In this document: positions 49,010 to 60,400 of the stretch, piece after piece
Numbering within the stretch: the first letter of the stretch is position 1
How the letters are laid out: each line of letters starts with the position of its first letter
Origin: Dehalococcoidia bacterium
Lineage (GTDB): Bacteria; Chloroflexota; Dehalococcoidia; UBA2979
Direction of reading: 5' to 3'
NCBI GenBank assembly: GCA_963667465.2
Contig: CAXXDN010000002.1
Coordinates: 1,728,001 to 1,792,000 of the forward strand
DNA length: 64,000 nt
Notes under the pieces: generated by a model
Told to the model about the DNA's origin: nothing
Seen by the model: only the letters and a program-made list of their open reading frames with translations
The model's database searches: none
Translations under genes and position numbers: made by a program

Positions 49010-51286
49010 ATGAGACCACTACTCGAACTCGCGAAGCGCGCGGCGGCGGCCCTGCCAGGCGGGGCCGCCGCCGCGCAGGAGCCCGGAGCCGCCCGCGAGG
49101 CAGCCTCGCCAGCAACCGAGACCGAAGCCGCCGTCCCGAAGCTCCCGCCCGGGCTGCCGCTCGCCTTCATGCTCTCCCACCTCGAGGACGACGGCCCGGT
49201 GCGGCTCGACGGCGTGAAGCTCGGCGTCTGCGAGGTGCTTGGCCTCGAGTTGGACGAGCCGAAGCTGGGCGCCTTCGCCGGCGCCCTCAACGCCTGCGAC
49301 TTCCCGCTCCAACTGCTCGTGCGCCAGCACCCGCCGGGCCTCGGACAGTTGCGTGACGACCTGGCCGAGGCGGAGCCGCCCGGTCTGCCTCCGCAGACGG
49401 AGGCGGCGGCGCGGTCGCTCGGGCGCCTGCTCGGCGAGCTGGAGCGCCGCGACGGCATCCTCGACCGCCGCTTCTACGCCGTCTGCGAGCACGAGCGGAT
49501 CGGCGACCAGCGCGGCCTGCTCGCGCGCGCCGGGCTCTCCGTCCACCCGCTTGAGGGCCGCCAGTTGCGCATGCTGCTGCTCGCCTCGGCGCTCGGCGGC
49601 TCGCCCCGCGAGATCGACGAGGACGCGCCCACCGAGGTCGCCGTCAACCGCCGCGACATCCGCGTCGGCGCGCGCCTCGTGCGCTCGCTGCATCTCGGCA
49701 AGTGGCCGCGCTCCCTCTCGCCCGGCTTCCTCCAGAACCTGATGGCGACGGGCGCGCCCATGGATCTCTCGCTCCACCTCGGGCCGATCCCGGCCGCTCA
49801 GGCGGCGCGCACGCTGGAGTGGCAGAAGGTGCGCTTCGAGTCGGCGCAGAGCCTCTCCTTCAAGCGCGGCCGCTCGATGTCCTCGGAGGCGGAGATCGCC
49901 CTCGAGGATGTGATGCGGCTGCGCGACGAGGTGCAGCGCGGACGCGAGCGGCTCTTCCACGCCTCGCTCTCCGTCACCCTGCACGCCGACGACGAGGAGT
50001 CGCTCAAGGAGCTTACGCAGCGGGCGAAGGCGCACTTCGCCGCCTCCCTTGGCAAGCTCGACGCCCTTCCCTTCCGCCAGCGCGAGGGTCTGCTCTCGAC
50101 GCTGCCGCTCGCGCTCAACGCGGTCGCCGTCTGGCGCACGCTCGACACCTCGTCGCTGGCGCGGCTCTACCCCTTCTCCCCGCCCGACCTCGACACGCGC
50201 GGCGGCACGCTCTACGGCATCGACATGCGGGCCTCGTCGCCCGTCGTCTACGACCCCTGGGACGGTACCCACCTCAACGCCAACACGGCGGTGCTCGCGC
50301 GCTCGGGTAGCGGGAAGTCGTTCGCGACCAAGCTTGGCGTGCTGCGCGGCATCTGCCGCGGCGTCACCGCCTACGTCATCGACCCCGAGGGTGAGTACGC
50401 CGATATGGCCCGCGCCGCGGGCGGACGCGTGCTCTCGCCCGGCGTCGCCGGCGAAGGGATGAACCCGTTCGTCATCGACCGCGGCGATGCGGAGGAACTG
50501 CTACTGCGCATCGGCAGCCTGCGGCGACTGATCGAGGTGATGATCGGGGAGTCGCTCGGCGCCGAGCGCCGCGCAGCCCTCGACCACGCCCTCGCCGCCT
50601 ACTACGCGCAGCCTCGAGAGCGCACCGGCTTCGGCGACTTCTACGCGTTCCTCAAGGGTGACGAAGCCGACGGCGACCCCGACCTCGCTAGGGTGCTGCG
50701 GCCCTTCGCCACGGGCAGCCTGCGCCACCTGCTCACCGACGAGGGCGACGACCTGCTCACCAACGAAGCGCTCGTCACCGTCTTCGACCTGCGGCTGCTG
50801 GAGCCCGAACTGCGCCCCGCCGCCGCCATGGTCTGCACGGAGACGGTCTGGGCCGCCGCCGCACGCGACCCGAAGCCACGGCTGCTCGTCGTCGACGAGG
50901 TCTGGTCGATCATGCAGCACCCCGAGGGCGCGGCCTTCATGGTCTCGATGGCCAAGCGGGCGCGGAAGCACCGGCTGGGCCTGCAGTTCATCACCCAGGA
51001 CGTGCAGGACCTGCTGTCGGAGGACTCCTCGCGCGCCATCACCGGCCACTCGGGGCGCGCCCTGCTCCAGAACGCCGCCTTCAAGCTCCTGCTCCAGCAG
51101 GACGCCGCCGCCATCTCGACCGTCGGCGACGCCTTCGACCTGCCACAGGACCTGCAGCGCTGGCTGCTCTCCTGCCCGCGCGGCGACGGGCTGCTGCTCG
51201 CCCGCGGCAACCGCTTCCCGATCCGCATCGAGGCGACGCCCGAGGAGACCGAGGTGATCGAGTGGCGGCCGGGCTCGCACCGCTGA
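49010..51286 (+). CDS. virB4: VirB4-like conjugation ATPase
   Basis: ARSGSGKS; IDPEGEY; VVDEVW; RARKH...ITQ. Confidence 0.9.
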   Translation: MRPLLELAKRAAAALPGGAAAAQEPGAAREAASPATETEAAVPKLPPGLPLAFMLSHLEDDGPVRLDGVKLGVCEVLGLELDEPKLGAFAGALNACDFPLQLLVRQHPPGLGQLRDDLAEAEPPGLPPQTEAAARSLGRLLGELERRDGILDRRFYAVCEHERIGDQRGLLARAGLSVHPLEGRQLRMLLLASALGGSPREIDEDAPTEVAVNRRDIRVGARLVRSLHLGKWPRSLSPGFLQNLMATGAPMDLSLHLGPIPAAQAARTLEWQKVRFESAQSLSFKRGRSMSSEAEIALEDVMRLRDEVQRGRERLFHASLSVTLHADDEESLKELTQRAKAHFAASLGKLDALPFRQREGLLSTLPLALNAVAVWRTLDTSSLARLYPFSPPDLDTRGGTLYGIDMRASSPVVYDPWDGTHLNANTAVLARSGSGKSFATKLGVLRGICRGVTAYVIDPEGEYADMARAAGGRVLSPGVAGEGMNPFVIDRGDAEELLLRIGSLRRLIEVMIGESLGAERRAALDHALAAYYAQPRERTGFGDFYAFLKGDEADGDPDLARVLRPFATGSLRHLLTDEGDDLLTNEALVTVFDLRLLEPELRPAAAMVCTETVWAAAARDPKPRLLVVDEVWSIMQHPEGAAFMVSMAKRARKHRLGLQFITQDVQDLLSEDSSRAITGHSGRALLQNAAFKLLLQQDAAAISTVGDAFDLPQDLQRWLLSCPRGDGLLLARGNRFPIRIEATPEETEVIEWRPGSHR

Positions 51287-51310
51287 AGCCAACCAGAACA
51301 GCCACAACGG

Positions 51311-53905
51311 ATGGACACGATGAGATTCAATCCTCTGCGCCCGCTCTTCGGCGCGCCTGATCCGAGGCCACCGGTGCTGCTCGCGGTGACGCCGCCGCGC
51401 ACGGGTGAGCGCACCCTGCTTGGCATCGAGAACCTGCTCCAGTCGATCGCAGTGCCCGAGCCGTTCTCGCTCGAACTCGCCGGCGACACCGACGGCGTCA
51501 CGCTCATGGCGCGCTGCATCGACAAGGAGGTGGTGCGCGGCCAGATCGCCGCCCACTACCCGCAGGCGCGCATCCACGAGGTGCCGGCCGACGAGGACCC
51601 GCTGCGCCTCGGCGAGGACGAGCAGGCGTGGTCGATGACCTTGCGCGCGAGCGGCCCCGAGTACGTGCCGCTGCGCGTCTTCCGCGACGACGACCTGCTC
51701 GACCCCGGCTCCGACCCGCTGCTCGCGTTGATCGGCGCGCTCTCGGCGTTGCGCCCGGGCGAGCGCGTCGTGGCGAGGCTGCTGCTGCGCTCGCTCGGAC
51801 CGGACTGGTCGCAGGACCACCAGGAGAAGGCGCACCGCCGCCCACTCGATGAGCGGCGCGACCCCGCCTACAGCTACCAGACGCGGCCGCTGCAGACCGA
51901 CGGCGTGACGATGGCCGTCCTCGGCTCGATCGCCCTCGCCGCCTTCCGCGGCTATCTCTGGGTGCAGGCCGGTGAGCCGTGGAAGGCGATCGCGCTCGGC
52001 GCGGGCGTTGTCATCGGGCTCGCGGTGGCGGGCTGGGCGTGGCACCGCTGGAAGCGCTCGCGAGCGCGCGTCCACGATCCGCTGCTGATCCGCGAGAAGG
52101 TCTCGCGCATCGCCTTCGACGCCGAGTTGCAGGTGGTCGCCATCCTCCCGGGTGGAGAGGGCGGACAGGGGCAGCGCCGAGCCGCCGAGCTGCTCGGCCA
52201 GGTCGCTGCCGCCTACCGTCACTACGACCACCCCGCGGGCGCTCGCTTCGAGGTCGGCAAGGTGCGGGCGGGGCTGCCCACGCCCGAGGCGCTGCATCCC
52301 TCAGGGCCCGGCCTGTTCGGCAGCCGCAGCGTCCTCGGCGTTCGCGAGGTTGCCTCGCTGTGGCACCCGCCGGGCGCCGGCGACGAGACGCCGCTCGTCG
52401 AGCGCTCCGGTGCGAGGGTCCTGCTGCCCTCCGCCCGAGGCGTCCGTGGCGGCGCCCTCGTCGGCGAGACCACGGCGGGCAAGCCTCGCCCGATCCACTT
52501 CCCCGCCGACCTGCTGCACCGACACCACCTCTACGTGGCGCGCACCCGCATGGGGAAGTCGACGCTCATGCACCACCTCGTCACCCACAAGCTGGCGGAG
52601 AAGGCGGCCGGCCGCGACGGCGACGCGATCGTCGTCGTCGACCCGCACGCCGACCTCGTGGGCGGGATCCTTGAGCAGGTGCCGGAGTCGCTGGCCGACC
52701 GCGTGCGGCTGGTGGACCTCGGGGACGAGCGCGGCGCGCCCGGCATCAACCTGCTCGACACGCGCATCTTCGCCGACCGCGACCGCACGGCCGACTCGGT
52801 CGTGCGCGTGGCGAAGGGCCTTTGGGAGCAGTGGGGACCGAGGATGCAGTCGATCCTCGAGCAGACCGTGAAGACGCTGCACGAGGCCAACGCCCACCCC
52901 GACACGGCGGCCGAGGAGCAGCACACGATCCTCGATGGGCTGCGGCTGCTCTCGGACGACGGGTTCCGCTCCCTCGTGCTGGAGCGGGTGAGCGACCCAT
53001 TCCTGCTCGACTGGTGGGCGCGCGACTTCGGCGGCTGGCGCCGCGAGTACCGTGCCGAGGCGCTCGCGCCCGTGCAGACGCGCCTCTCCTACTACGCCTC
53101 CTCGAAGCGGGCGCGCGCCATCCTCGGCCAGCCCCGCTCCACCATCGACCTGCGGCGCACGATCCTCGACGGCGGCGTGCTGCTCGTCTCCACTGCCCAG
53201 GGCACGGCCGGGCGCGACGTCGCGGCCCTGGTAGGCGCGTCGCTGCTCAACCTCGTCGACTCGGTGATCCGTGAGCAAGGAGGCCTGCCGCCCGAACGGC
53301 GGCGCGGGGCGCTCGTCGTGGTCGACGAGATGCAGTCGATGCCGGGCGTCGACTACGAGTCGATGCTGTCGGAGCTGGGGAAGTTCGGGGCCTCGTTCGT
53401 GCTCGCCACGCAGAGCCTCGCCAAGCTCGCCGACCTCTCGCTCACGATGCGCGACACCGTGCTCGCCAATGTCGGCTGCCTCGCCATCTTCCAGGTCGCC
53501 GGCAACGACGCCCGGCAGCTCGTCTGGGAGTTGGGCAAGGACCGCATCTCCGAGGAGGACATCGTCTCGCTGCCCGTGCACCACTGCTACGTGCGGGCCA
53601 CCGTCGGCTCGGAGCGGATGCCGACGTTCTCGATGATGGTGCGCAAGCCCGAGCCGGGGAGTGCTGAGACCGCCGCCCGCATCCGCGCCGCTGCGTCCTC
53701 CTACGTGTTGACCTCCGAGGAGATCGAGGCGCGACAGGCGGAGGGCCGCAGGCGCGTCGAGGAGTTCCGCGCCGGTGCCGAGGCCCTGCGCCAGGCAGAC
53801 GCCGAGCCGAAGAAGACGCGCGCATCGCGCGGATCGGCCTGCGCGAAGCAGCGCAGCAAGCACCTCCAACGGCCGAACCGAGGCAAGGGGCAGCCTGAAC
53901 AGTGA
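51311..53905 (+). CDS. virD4: VirD4/TraG-like type IV coupling protein
   Basis: two TM helices; ARTRMGKST; VDPHADL; VDEMQ; LATQSL. Confidence 0.85.
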   Translation: MDTMRFNPLRPLFGAPDPRPPVLLAVTPPRTGERTLLGIENLLQSIAVPEPFSLELAGDTDGVTLMARCIDKEVVRGQIAAHYPQARIHEVPADEDPLRLGEDEQAWSMTLRASGPEYVPLRVFRDDDLLDPGSDPLLALIGALSALRPGERVVARLLLRSLGPDWSQDHQEKAHRRPLDERRDPAYSYQTRPLQTDGVTMAVLGSIALAAFRGYLWVQAGEPWKAIALGAGVVIGLAVAGWAWHRWKRSRARVHDPLLIREKVSRIAFDAELQVVAILPGGEGGQGQRRAAELLGQVAAAYRHYDHPAGARFEVGKVRAGLPTPEALHPSGPGLFGSRSVLGVREVASLWHPPGAGDETPLVERSGARVLLPSARGVRGGALVGETTAGKPRPIHFPADLLHRHHLYVARTRMGKSTLMHHLVTHKLAEKAAGRDGDAIVVVDPHADLVGGILEQVPESLADRVRLVDLGDERGAPGINLLDTRIFADRDRTADSVVRVAKGLWEQWGPRMQSILEQTVKTLHEANAHPDTAAEEQHTILDGLRLLSDDGFRSLVLERVSDPFLLDWWARDFGGWRREYRAEALAPVQTRLSYYASSKRARAILGQPRSTIDLRRTILDGGVLLVSTAQGTAGRDVAALVGASLLNLVDSVIREQGGLPPERRRGALVVVDEMQSMPGVDYESMLSELGKFGASFVLATQSLAKLADLSLTMRDTVLANVGCLAIFQVAGNDARQLVWELGKDRISEEDIVSLPVHHCYVRATVGSERMPTFSMMVRKPEPGSAETAARIRAAASSYVLTSEEIEARQAEGRRRVEEFRAGAEALRQADAEPKKTRASRGSACAKQRSKHLQRPNRGKGQPEQ

Positions 53906-55533
53906 GGCCGGAGCGCGACCTGCTGCGGCTGCTCGCCGCAATGCCCTTCCTCGACCGGCTGGAGATGGTCGCTGTCTCCGGCTGGTCGAGGGGTGCGGTC
54001 TACGCGAGCATCGAGGCGATCGAGAAGGCAGGGCTGGCTATCTCCGTGCCACACGCCTCGGAGCTCATCCCCTCGACGCGCCGCTACTGCCTCACGGCTG
54101 CCGGTCTCCGCCGCCTCGCCCGCGAGGAGGACGTGATCTTTGACGATCTGCTCCGGCTGCATCCCGTCTCGGAGCAGTGGCGGCGCATCCTCCTCCAGCG
54201 GCTCGACGCGCTCGCCGTCGTGTACCGCCTCGCCGCGGCGGTCTCGGACATCGCCTACCCGATCCGCTTCCGCTGGTACCGAGCCATGCCCATGGATGCC
54301 GCCATCGCACTCCAAGACGGACGCACCGTGGCCGTCGTCCGGCAGGGCCACACGGCCGACCGCACGGCCTTTGCCAAGCGCCTCTGGAGGCTGCGCGAGG
54401 GACCGCGGCTCGGTGCGTTTCTGCTCCTCATGCCCGACGAGGTGCGCCTGCGCCACACCGCCCGCTTGATGGCTGCCGCGCCCTCGAGCACCTTCCTCGC
54501 TCAGGAGCGCGATGTCGTCTCCGCTGGAGCGGGCTCACGCGTCTGGCGCACGCCGTCGGGCTCGCCTCCCCTCGCGCTCGACGAGGTCCTGTCGCACGCC
54601 GCTTGGGGAGGCGCGTGGCCCGAGGAGCGCCCGCTCAAGCGAGCCTCGCTGCCGCCGTTGCTCCCCCACCCGGGCGGGCGCGACACTCCCGACTGGCTCC
54701 TCCCCAGCGCGATCGGACCCGCCTCGAAACGCACTCTCGACCTGGTCGGCGACTGGCCCTGGATCACGCCGCATGACCTCGGAGGACTGCTCGGCGTCTC
54801 CGACCGACGAGTCTCGCAACTCGTGCTTCCACTCGCGGACGCCGGGCTCGTGACTCGCGGCGGCGGCGGCCGCCTTGCCCTCAGCGACCGCGCGCTCGCC
54901 CTGCTCGCCCGCCGCGACCGCGCTGCCGTGGGTCTGGCACGCAGACGCTGGAGCGCCGAGCCTTCGGACCCGAACGGCCCGCTCGCCTGGCGGAACATCT
55001 CCGGCAGGCGCATCCGCCAGCTGCTGCGCCACCTGGAACACACAGCGGCCGTCCACGGCTTCGTCGCTGCGCTGGCAACGCAGGCCCGCGAGCGGGGCTG
55101 GGAGGTCGTCCGGCTCGACCCGCCGCACCGGGCATCCCGCTACTTTCGCCACGACGACAGGCTCCACTCCGTCCACCCCGACGCCTTCGGCATCCTGCGT
55201 CGCGGGGACGAGACCTGGCCGTTCTTCCTCGAGTGGGAGCGACGCGCCGTCCGCCCCGTCACGATGGCCGCCCGCCTCGCCCCCTACCTGCGCTACTACG
55301 CTTCGGCGCGGCCCACCGACGACCACGGTGCGCGTCCCGCAGTCCTCGTCGTCTTCGAGGACGAGCTAGCGGCCGCGCACTTTCTGCGCGTGTCACGGGG
55401 CGAAGGGAACCGCGCCGGGGTCGAGGTGCCGTTGTGGGTCTCCCACGAGCCGGTGTTGCGGAGCGAGGGACCCCTGGGGAGGGCTTGGCTCGGCTCAGGC
55501 GATAGCTCCCAGCCCTTCCCTTCGGCGGCGTGA
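53902..55533 (+). CDS. replication-relaxation family protein, internally duplicated
   Basis: GTGA overlap with the coupling protein; two wHTH-led halves; LEHT..VH...HPDAFG...FLEWER. Confidence 0.7.
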   Translation: MRPERDLLRLLAAMPFLDRLEMVAVSGWSRGAVYASIEAIEKAGLAISVPHASELIPSTRRYCLTAAGLRRLAREEDVIFDDLLRLHPVSEQWRRILLQRLDALAVVYRLAAAVSDIAYPIRFRWYRAMPMDAAIALQDGRTVAVVRQGHTADRTAFAKRLWRLREGPRLGAFLLLMPDEVRLRHTARLMAAAPSSTFLAQERDVVSAGAGSRVWRTPSGSPPLALDEVLSHAAWGGAWPEERPLKRASLPPLLPHPGGRDTPDWLLPSAIGPASKRTLDLVGDWPWITPHDLGGLLGVSDRRVSQLVLPLADAGLVTRGGGGRLALSDRALALLARRDRAAVGLARRRWSAEPSDPNGPLAWRNISGRRIRQLLRHLEHTAAVHGFVAALATQARERGWEVVRLDPPHRASRYFRHDDRLHSVHPDAFGILRRGDETWPFFLEWERRAVRPVTMAARLAPYLRYYASARPTDDHGARPAVLVVFEDELAAAHFLRVSRGEGNRAGVEVPLWVSHEPVLRSEGPLGRAWLGSGDSSQPFPSAA

Positions 55534-55585
55534 CGGTCAGGGCTCAACGCGATAGATGGCGTCGACCCGCTGAAGCACCCCCGCC

Positions 55586-55753
55586 TCAGCCACCGCCCTT
55601 CCGGTTGCCGTCCGGTGGCGCCTGCCGCTCCGTCCCCGCCCGGTCCTCGTAAACGCTCGGGTGGGCGAAGGCGTGGCGCGCGATGATGCGGGCCAGAATC
55701 CGCAGACCCTCGAGGCGGATCCGCTCCTGTTCGTCAGTCAGTTCTTGATGCAA
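55586..55753 (-). CDS. small protein (55 aa; EGLRILARIIAR)
   Basis: TTG start after GAGGAG; amphipathic helix; below the ORF-track length cutoff. Confidence 0.45.
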   Translation of the reverse strand: MHQELTDEQERIRLEGLRILARIIARHAFAHPSVYEDRAGTERQAPPDGNRKGGG

Positions 55754-55828
55754 GGTCCATCTCCTCTGCTACGTGTTTCCGGTCTCGTCTTCGAGGGTCG
55801 CGCCTTCGGGAGCGTGTAGGAGTGACGC

Positions 55829-56236
55829 TTATTGGCGGACCAGCTCGTCGGGTACCCCGAAGTGCTCCGCCACCTCACAGGAGTGGACCAGCCCCTCCGC
55901 CAGTGCCTCCCGTTCGTCGATGAGCAGCGCGCGAGCGAAGTCCTCCGCCTCCCGCTCGAAGCGCCGGGGCAGGTCCGTGTGGACGCGCAGCTCGAGGTGA
56001 TTGCCGGGGTGCAGGAGCCGGTGTCCGATAGCGTGTGCGATCACCCAGCGCCTCCACTCCGGGCCGAGCCGTCTGGCCACTGCGACGTGGCCGTCCAGTT
56101 GCACCTCCGTCTGGACCGCGAAGTCCCAGGGCCACACCTCGAGGCCGAGGCTGTTCGCGACCGCCTCGGCGTCGACGCGGCCACGCAGTCCTAGCTCCTC
56201 CCGCAGCGCCGTGCCCCGCTGTTGTGCCCGGTTCAT
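55829..56236 (-). CDS. ImmA/IrrE-like metallopeptidase-fold protein (copy 1)
   Basis: RRWVIAHAIGHRLLH...EREAEDFA...AEHFGVP. Confidence 0.8.
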   Translation of the reverse strand: MNRAQQRGTALREELGLRGRVDAEAVANSLGLEVWPWDFAVQTEVQLDGHVAVARRLGPEWRRWVIAHAIGHRLLHPGNHLELRVHTDLPRRFEREAEDFARALLIDEREALAEGLVHSCEVAEHFGVPDELVRQ

Positions 56237-56294
56237 CGGGTACACGGTCTGTGCGCCCGCGCACTCGCCGGCCCCGCGCAATCCAATGGGTGGC

Positions 56295-57400
56295 CTAGTT
56301 CCCGGCGTCAGCGTCGGTGCCTGCGCTGGCCACAGACGGCCCGGCGCTCCTGGCGACCAGCGGCGCAATGGGGCTCAGACCATCGGCGTACAGCTCCCGG
56401 AATCGCTGGTTCACGAACTCCGGGGCGCCGAGGATGTAAGAGACGAACTCGCCCTCGCTCAGGGCGTACAGGGCGGTAACGCCGAGGCTCCCCGCGCAGG
56501 CCTCGAGGTCATCGACGCTGCCACCCTCGTAGAGGACAAGACTGAAGCCCTCGACGATCTCGCCGCGCACGCACTGCGGCCATGAGGAAACGAGGACCTC
56601 GTCGCCGGCGTCTCCGTCGAGGAACGGATCCGCAGTCGGCGGCCCCTCGCTCTTCACGGTCAGCGCGGTCAGCGACGGAAGCCCGTCAGGGAACAGCTCG
56701 CGGAAGCTCGCGTTCACGAACTCCGGCGCACCGAGGACGTACGAGACGTAGGCGCCCTCGTGCAGCGCGCAGAGCGCCGTGATGTGCCGGCTCTCCGCGC
56801 ATCCCACGAGGTCCTCGATGCTGCCGCCGCCGTAGACGACGTGACTGAAGCCGGCGGCGACCGCGCCGCGGAAGCAGTCGAATGTGAGCTCGCTCGCGGC
56901 CGCCTGCTCCGGCTCACCGAGCCGCACGCGGTAGATCCGCTCGCGGCTGCGGTCCGCCGAGGTCACCGTGACGGTGATCGCCTCGACACGCTCCAGTGCC
57001 ACCTGGAGGCCGTCCGCCTCCTCGTCGGAGTCGGGTAGGTCGATGTCGACATCCGTGCGCCGCTGCATCGCCTCCGCTGACACGACCGTCTCCGTAACAC
57101 CATCGGCGATGATGCCCTCATCGTCGGTCCGGCTCGGGTCGAACTCCCCGATATCGATACCGCTCAAGGTGAGCGAGGCCAGGCGGGCGTCGATCGCGTC
57201 GGGCATGTTGTAGGTGTAGGCTCTCTCGTCGCTCTCGTCGCTCTCGTCGCTCTCGTCGCTCTCGTCGCTCTCGTCGCTCTCGTCGCTCTCGTCGCTCTCG
57301 TCGCTCTTCGTCGCTCTCGTCGCTCTCGTCGCTCTCGTCGGCGACGTACATCACCTCGCCGTCGGAGCAGATGCCGCGGGGCTGTTTGTTGCTAGCATCG
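56295..57400 (-). pseudogene. C-terminal fragment of a surface/beta-propeller protein with two tandem C-terminal domains
   Basis: PRGICSDGEVMYVA(DES)n...AYTYNMPDAIDARL; duplicated C.RG...GFS.V.Y.GGS...YxLGAPEFVN..FREL; 5' end missing. Confidence 0.6.
57223..57340. repeat. 9-bp tandem repeat (CTCTCGTCG)x13, one unit with an extra T
   Basis: directly visible; encodes Asp-Glu-Ser on the minus strand. Confidence 0.95.
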
Positions 57401-57487
57401 CGGCTATTCGCTTTGCGCTGTCGAGAGAGCACTGCCGGACAGCGGATGGCAGAGTCGCCATCCGCTGTCCGGCTTAGCCGGTCGACG

Positions 57488-60400
57488 TTAGTTGGGACCG
57501 AAGACAGTGAAGTCCAGGGACTCGGACAGTTTCCTGCCATCCCTCGTGCAGATGGCACCCTGGGCCGCACAGTCCGTCGTGACCGGCAATTCGACGGTTA
57601 CTGTACCGTTGGAGTCAGGCACGACAGTGATTTCCCAGCGGATGCTAGCCGGACGTTCCAGGCGCCGAGCCTTCGTCACCGCACCGTTGGTTACGGTGAA
57701 GGCGGAGTCACGCAGGGTCCGGTAGCTCACGCCAAAGTCTTCGCTGAACTTCAACTCGAAGACGAAGGCATTCTGTCCACCATGGGACGAAGGCATATTC
57801 GCGAAGATCGCCGTAAGGCGGGGCTTCGCCACAGCAGCAGTAGGCGTGCTGGTTAGCTCCTCGTCGTAACCTGCGTCGTCGGTGAAGCTCACCTTCACCT
57901 TGAGGTTCTTACCCTGGTCGGCGCCGACGAGGGTGTAGCTGTTGCTCGTGGCCCCTGAGATGTTCGAGTCATCCGTGCCGTCGTTCCGTATCCACTGGTA
58001 GGTGTACGAGACGTTGGTCAGTCCGTCGGCGTCGGATATACCTGACGTGTCCACCGTCAGCGTCCCGGCCACCTGAGCCGTGCCGCTGATGGCAACGGTC
58101 CCAGTGGCCGGCGAATTGGGCCGAGCCGCCACAGATGAGGTCGCTGCGCTGGTCAGTTCCTCGTCGTTGTCGGCATCGTCGGTGAAGCTCACCCTCACCT
58201 TGACGGTCTTGCCCCGGTCGGCGTCGACGAGGGTGTAGCTGCTGCTCGCGGCCCCTGAGATGTCCGAGTCGTCGGTGCTGCCGTTCCGTATCCACTGGTA
58301 CTCGTAGGACACGTTGGTCAGGCCGTCGGCGTCGGAGATCCCGGAAGTGTCCGCGGTCAGGGTCTGACCGACCTGGGCAGTTCCGGTGATCGTCGGAGTT
58401 CCCGTCGCCGCACTGTTCGCTTGTTGTCGCTGTACGGCGAGGGAAACTGCTTCGGTCGCCTCACTGGTCAGGGTCTCGCTGTGTCCCGCGTCGTCGGTGA
58501 AACTCACCTTCACCTTGATGCTATCGCCCTCGTCGGCAGCCAGAATGGTGTAGGTAGACCCCGTGGCGTTCTGGATGCCTGTGTCGGAAGCTCCATCATT
58601 CGCAATCCACTGGTAGGCGTAGGACACGTTGGTCAGGCCGTCGGCGTCGGAGATCCCGGAGATGTTGGCCGTCAACGTCTGCCCCACCTTGGCGGTCCCG
58701 CTGATCGTCACCGCTCCCGTGGGCGCACGGTTGGCCGCCGCCACCGTGAAGAAGACGGTCAGCGTTCCAAGCTGGTCGCCGCCCAGCCTTCTCTCCGAGT
58801 AGGCCGTGGCCGTCAGGGTGTAGCTGCCCACCGGCAGGGACTGGCCGTTGAGCGCGCCCTCTCCTCCATCCCCGTACAGGGAGTAGGGGGTGGTGCCCTC
58901 GGTCTGGTCGACCGACTTCCCTCCGGACAGTTGCAGCCGGACGCTGCCGATTGCAGCTCCCGACTCTATATCGACCCGGATGCCGTAGCTGCCGTTGGCC
59001 GGGTCGTCCAGGGTCAGGGTCCCGCCGTCACTGAGAGTGCCCAGTACCGTCTGGGGCCGGCCGGATGTATCAACTACGGTGAAACCGGTCAGGGGGTTGG
59101 TTGCTGCGGCAGCAACCGCCGCCGTCGCCACACTGGTCAGCTCCTCGTCGTTGCCAGCATCGTCGGTGAAGTTCACCTTCACCTTGATGGTTTTGCCCTC
59201 GTCAGCATCGACAAGGGTGTAGGTCGATGCTGACGCGCCGGAAATGTCCGTGTCCGTCGATCCATCGTTGCGGATCCACTGGTACTCGTAAGACACGTTG
59301 GTCAGACCGTCGTCGTCGGAGATACCGGACGTGTCCGCCGTCAGTGTCTGGCCGACCTGGGCGGTGCCGCCGATCGTCGGACTCCCGGTCGCACCCGTAG
59401 ATGCGGAACTCTCACGAATGCGGTACAGAGCAAGGGAAACCCTGTCCCCATAGTCCCAGTACAAGTTCTGATCCTCCCACCAGAGCAGTCTGGTGGAGCT
59501 GTACGACGAATGAGTAGCATCGCTTGAGTGAAGCTTGACGCCATCAACTTCTAGCCTGAATGTGAACGGCATCTCCTTGTCGAGGCCGATGTAGAACCAG
59601 CCAGAGGCCTCGATCAACTTGACCGTGTAAGTGGTGCCATCGGCGACAAAGCTGTCAGCGGTGAGCGAACCACTTTGATATCCGTCGAGATTGACGTACC
59701 CGAAGTCCTGGTACACATCTGCCGTCGCCATCGTCGCAGCCCAGACCGGAGTCCAAGCGACCATTGCGGTCGCGGCGCTGGTCAGCTGCTCGTCGTTGTC
59801 AGCATCGTCGGTGTAGCTCACCAGCACGCTGATGACCGAACCGATGTCCGACTCTTTGAGTGTGTAGGTCGAAGCAGTCGCGCCGCTGATCTCAGACGTG
59901 GTGGTGCCGTCGCTACTGATCCACTGGTAGCTGAAGATTGCGTCAACCATGCCGTCCGGGTCAGAAATCGTAGAAGTGTCGACTCTCAGGGTCTCACCGA
60001 CCTCCGCCGTCCCGGAGATCAGAGCGTACTTCACGACCTCAGTGGAACTGCTGGTCAGGGTCTCTTCGTAGCCGGCATCGTCGGTGAAGGTCACTCGCAA
60101 CTTGATGTGGTTGCCCTCATCGGCTGCCTGCAGCGAGTACGTATCGTTGCTTTCGCCGGCGATGTCTGTGTCGTCGGTACCGTCACTTCTGATCCACTGG
60201 TACATAAACGTCGCGTTGTCGATACCATCGGCGTCGACAACCTTTGACACCTCGGCGCTCAGTGTCTGAGCCACGTGAGCGGAGCCCACGATATTCGGCG
60301 CCCCACTTGCTGGCCTGTTAGGCCTACGAGCGACCGCGCTCGTCTCGACGCTGGTCAGTTCTTCGTCGTGGTTCGCATCGTCGGTAAAGCTTACCTTTAC

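Noticed and set aside
45797-53941. long antisense ORFs (886, 417, 598, 546 aa)
   Set aside because: Antisense shadows of the tra genes, expected from GC3 bias.
57223-57340. possible CRISPR array
   Set aside because: Contiguous 9-bp units with no spacers and no cas genes; it is a minisatellite.
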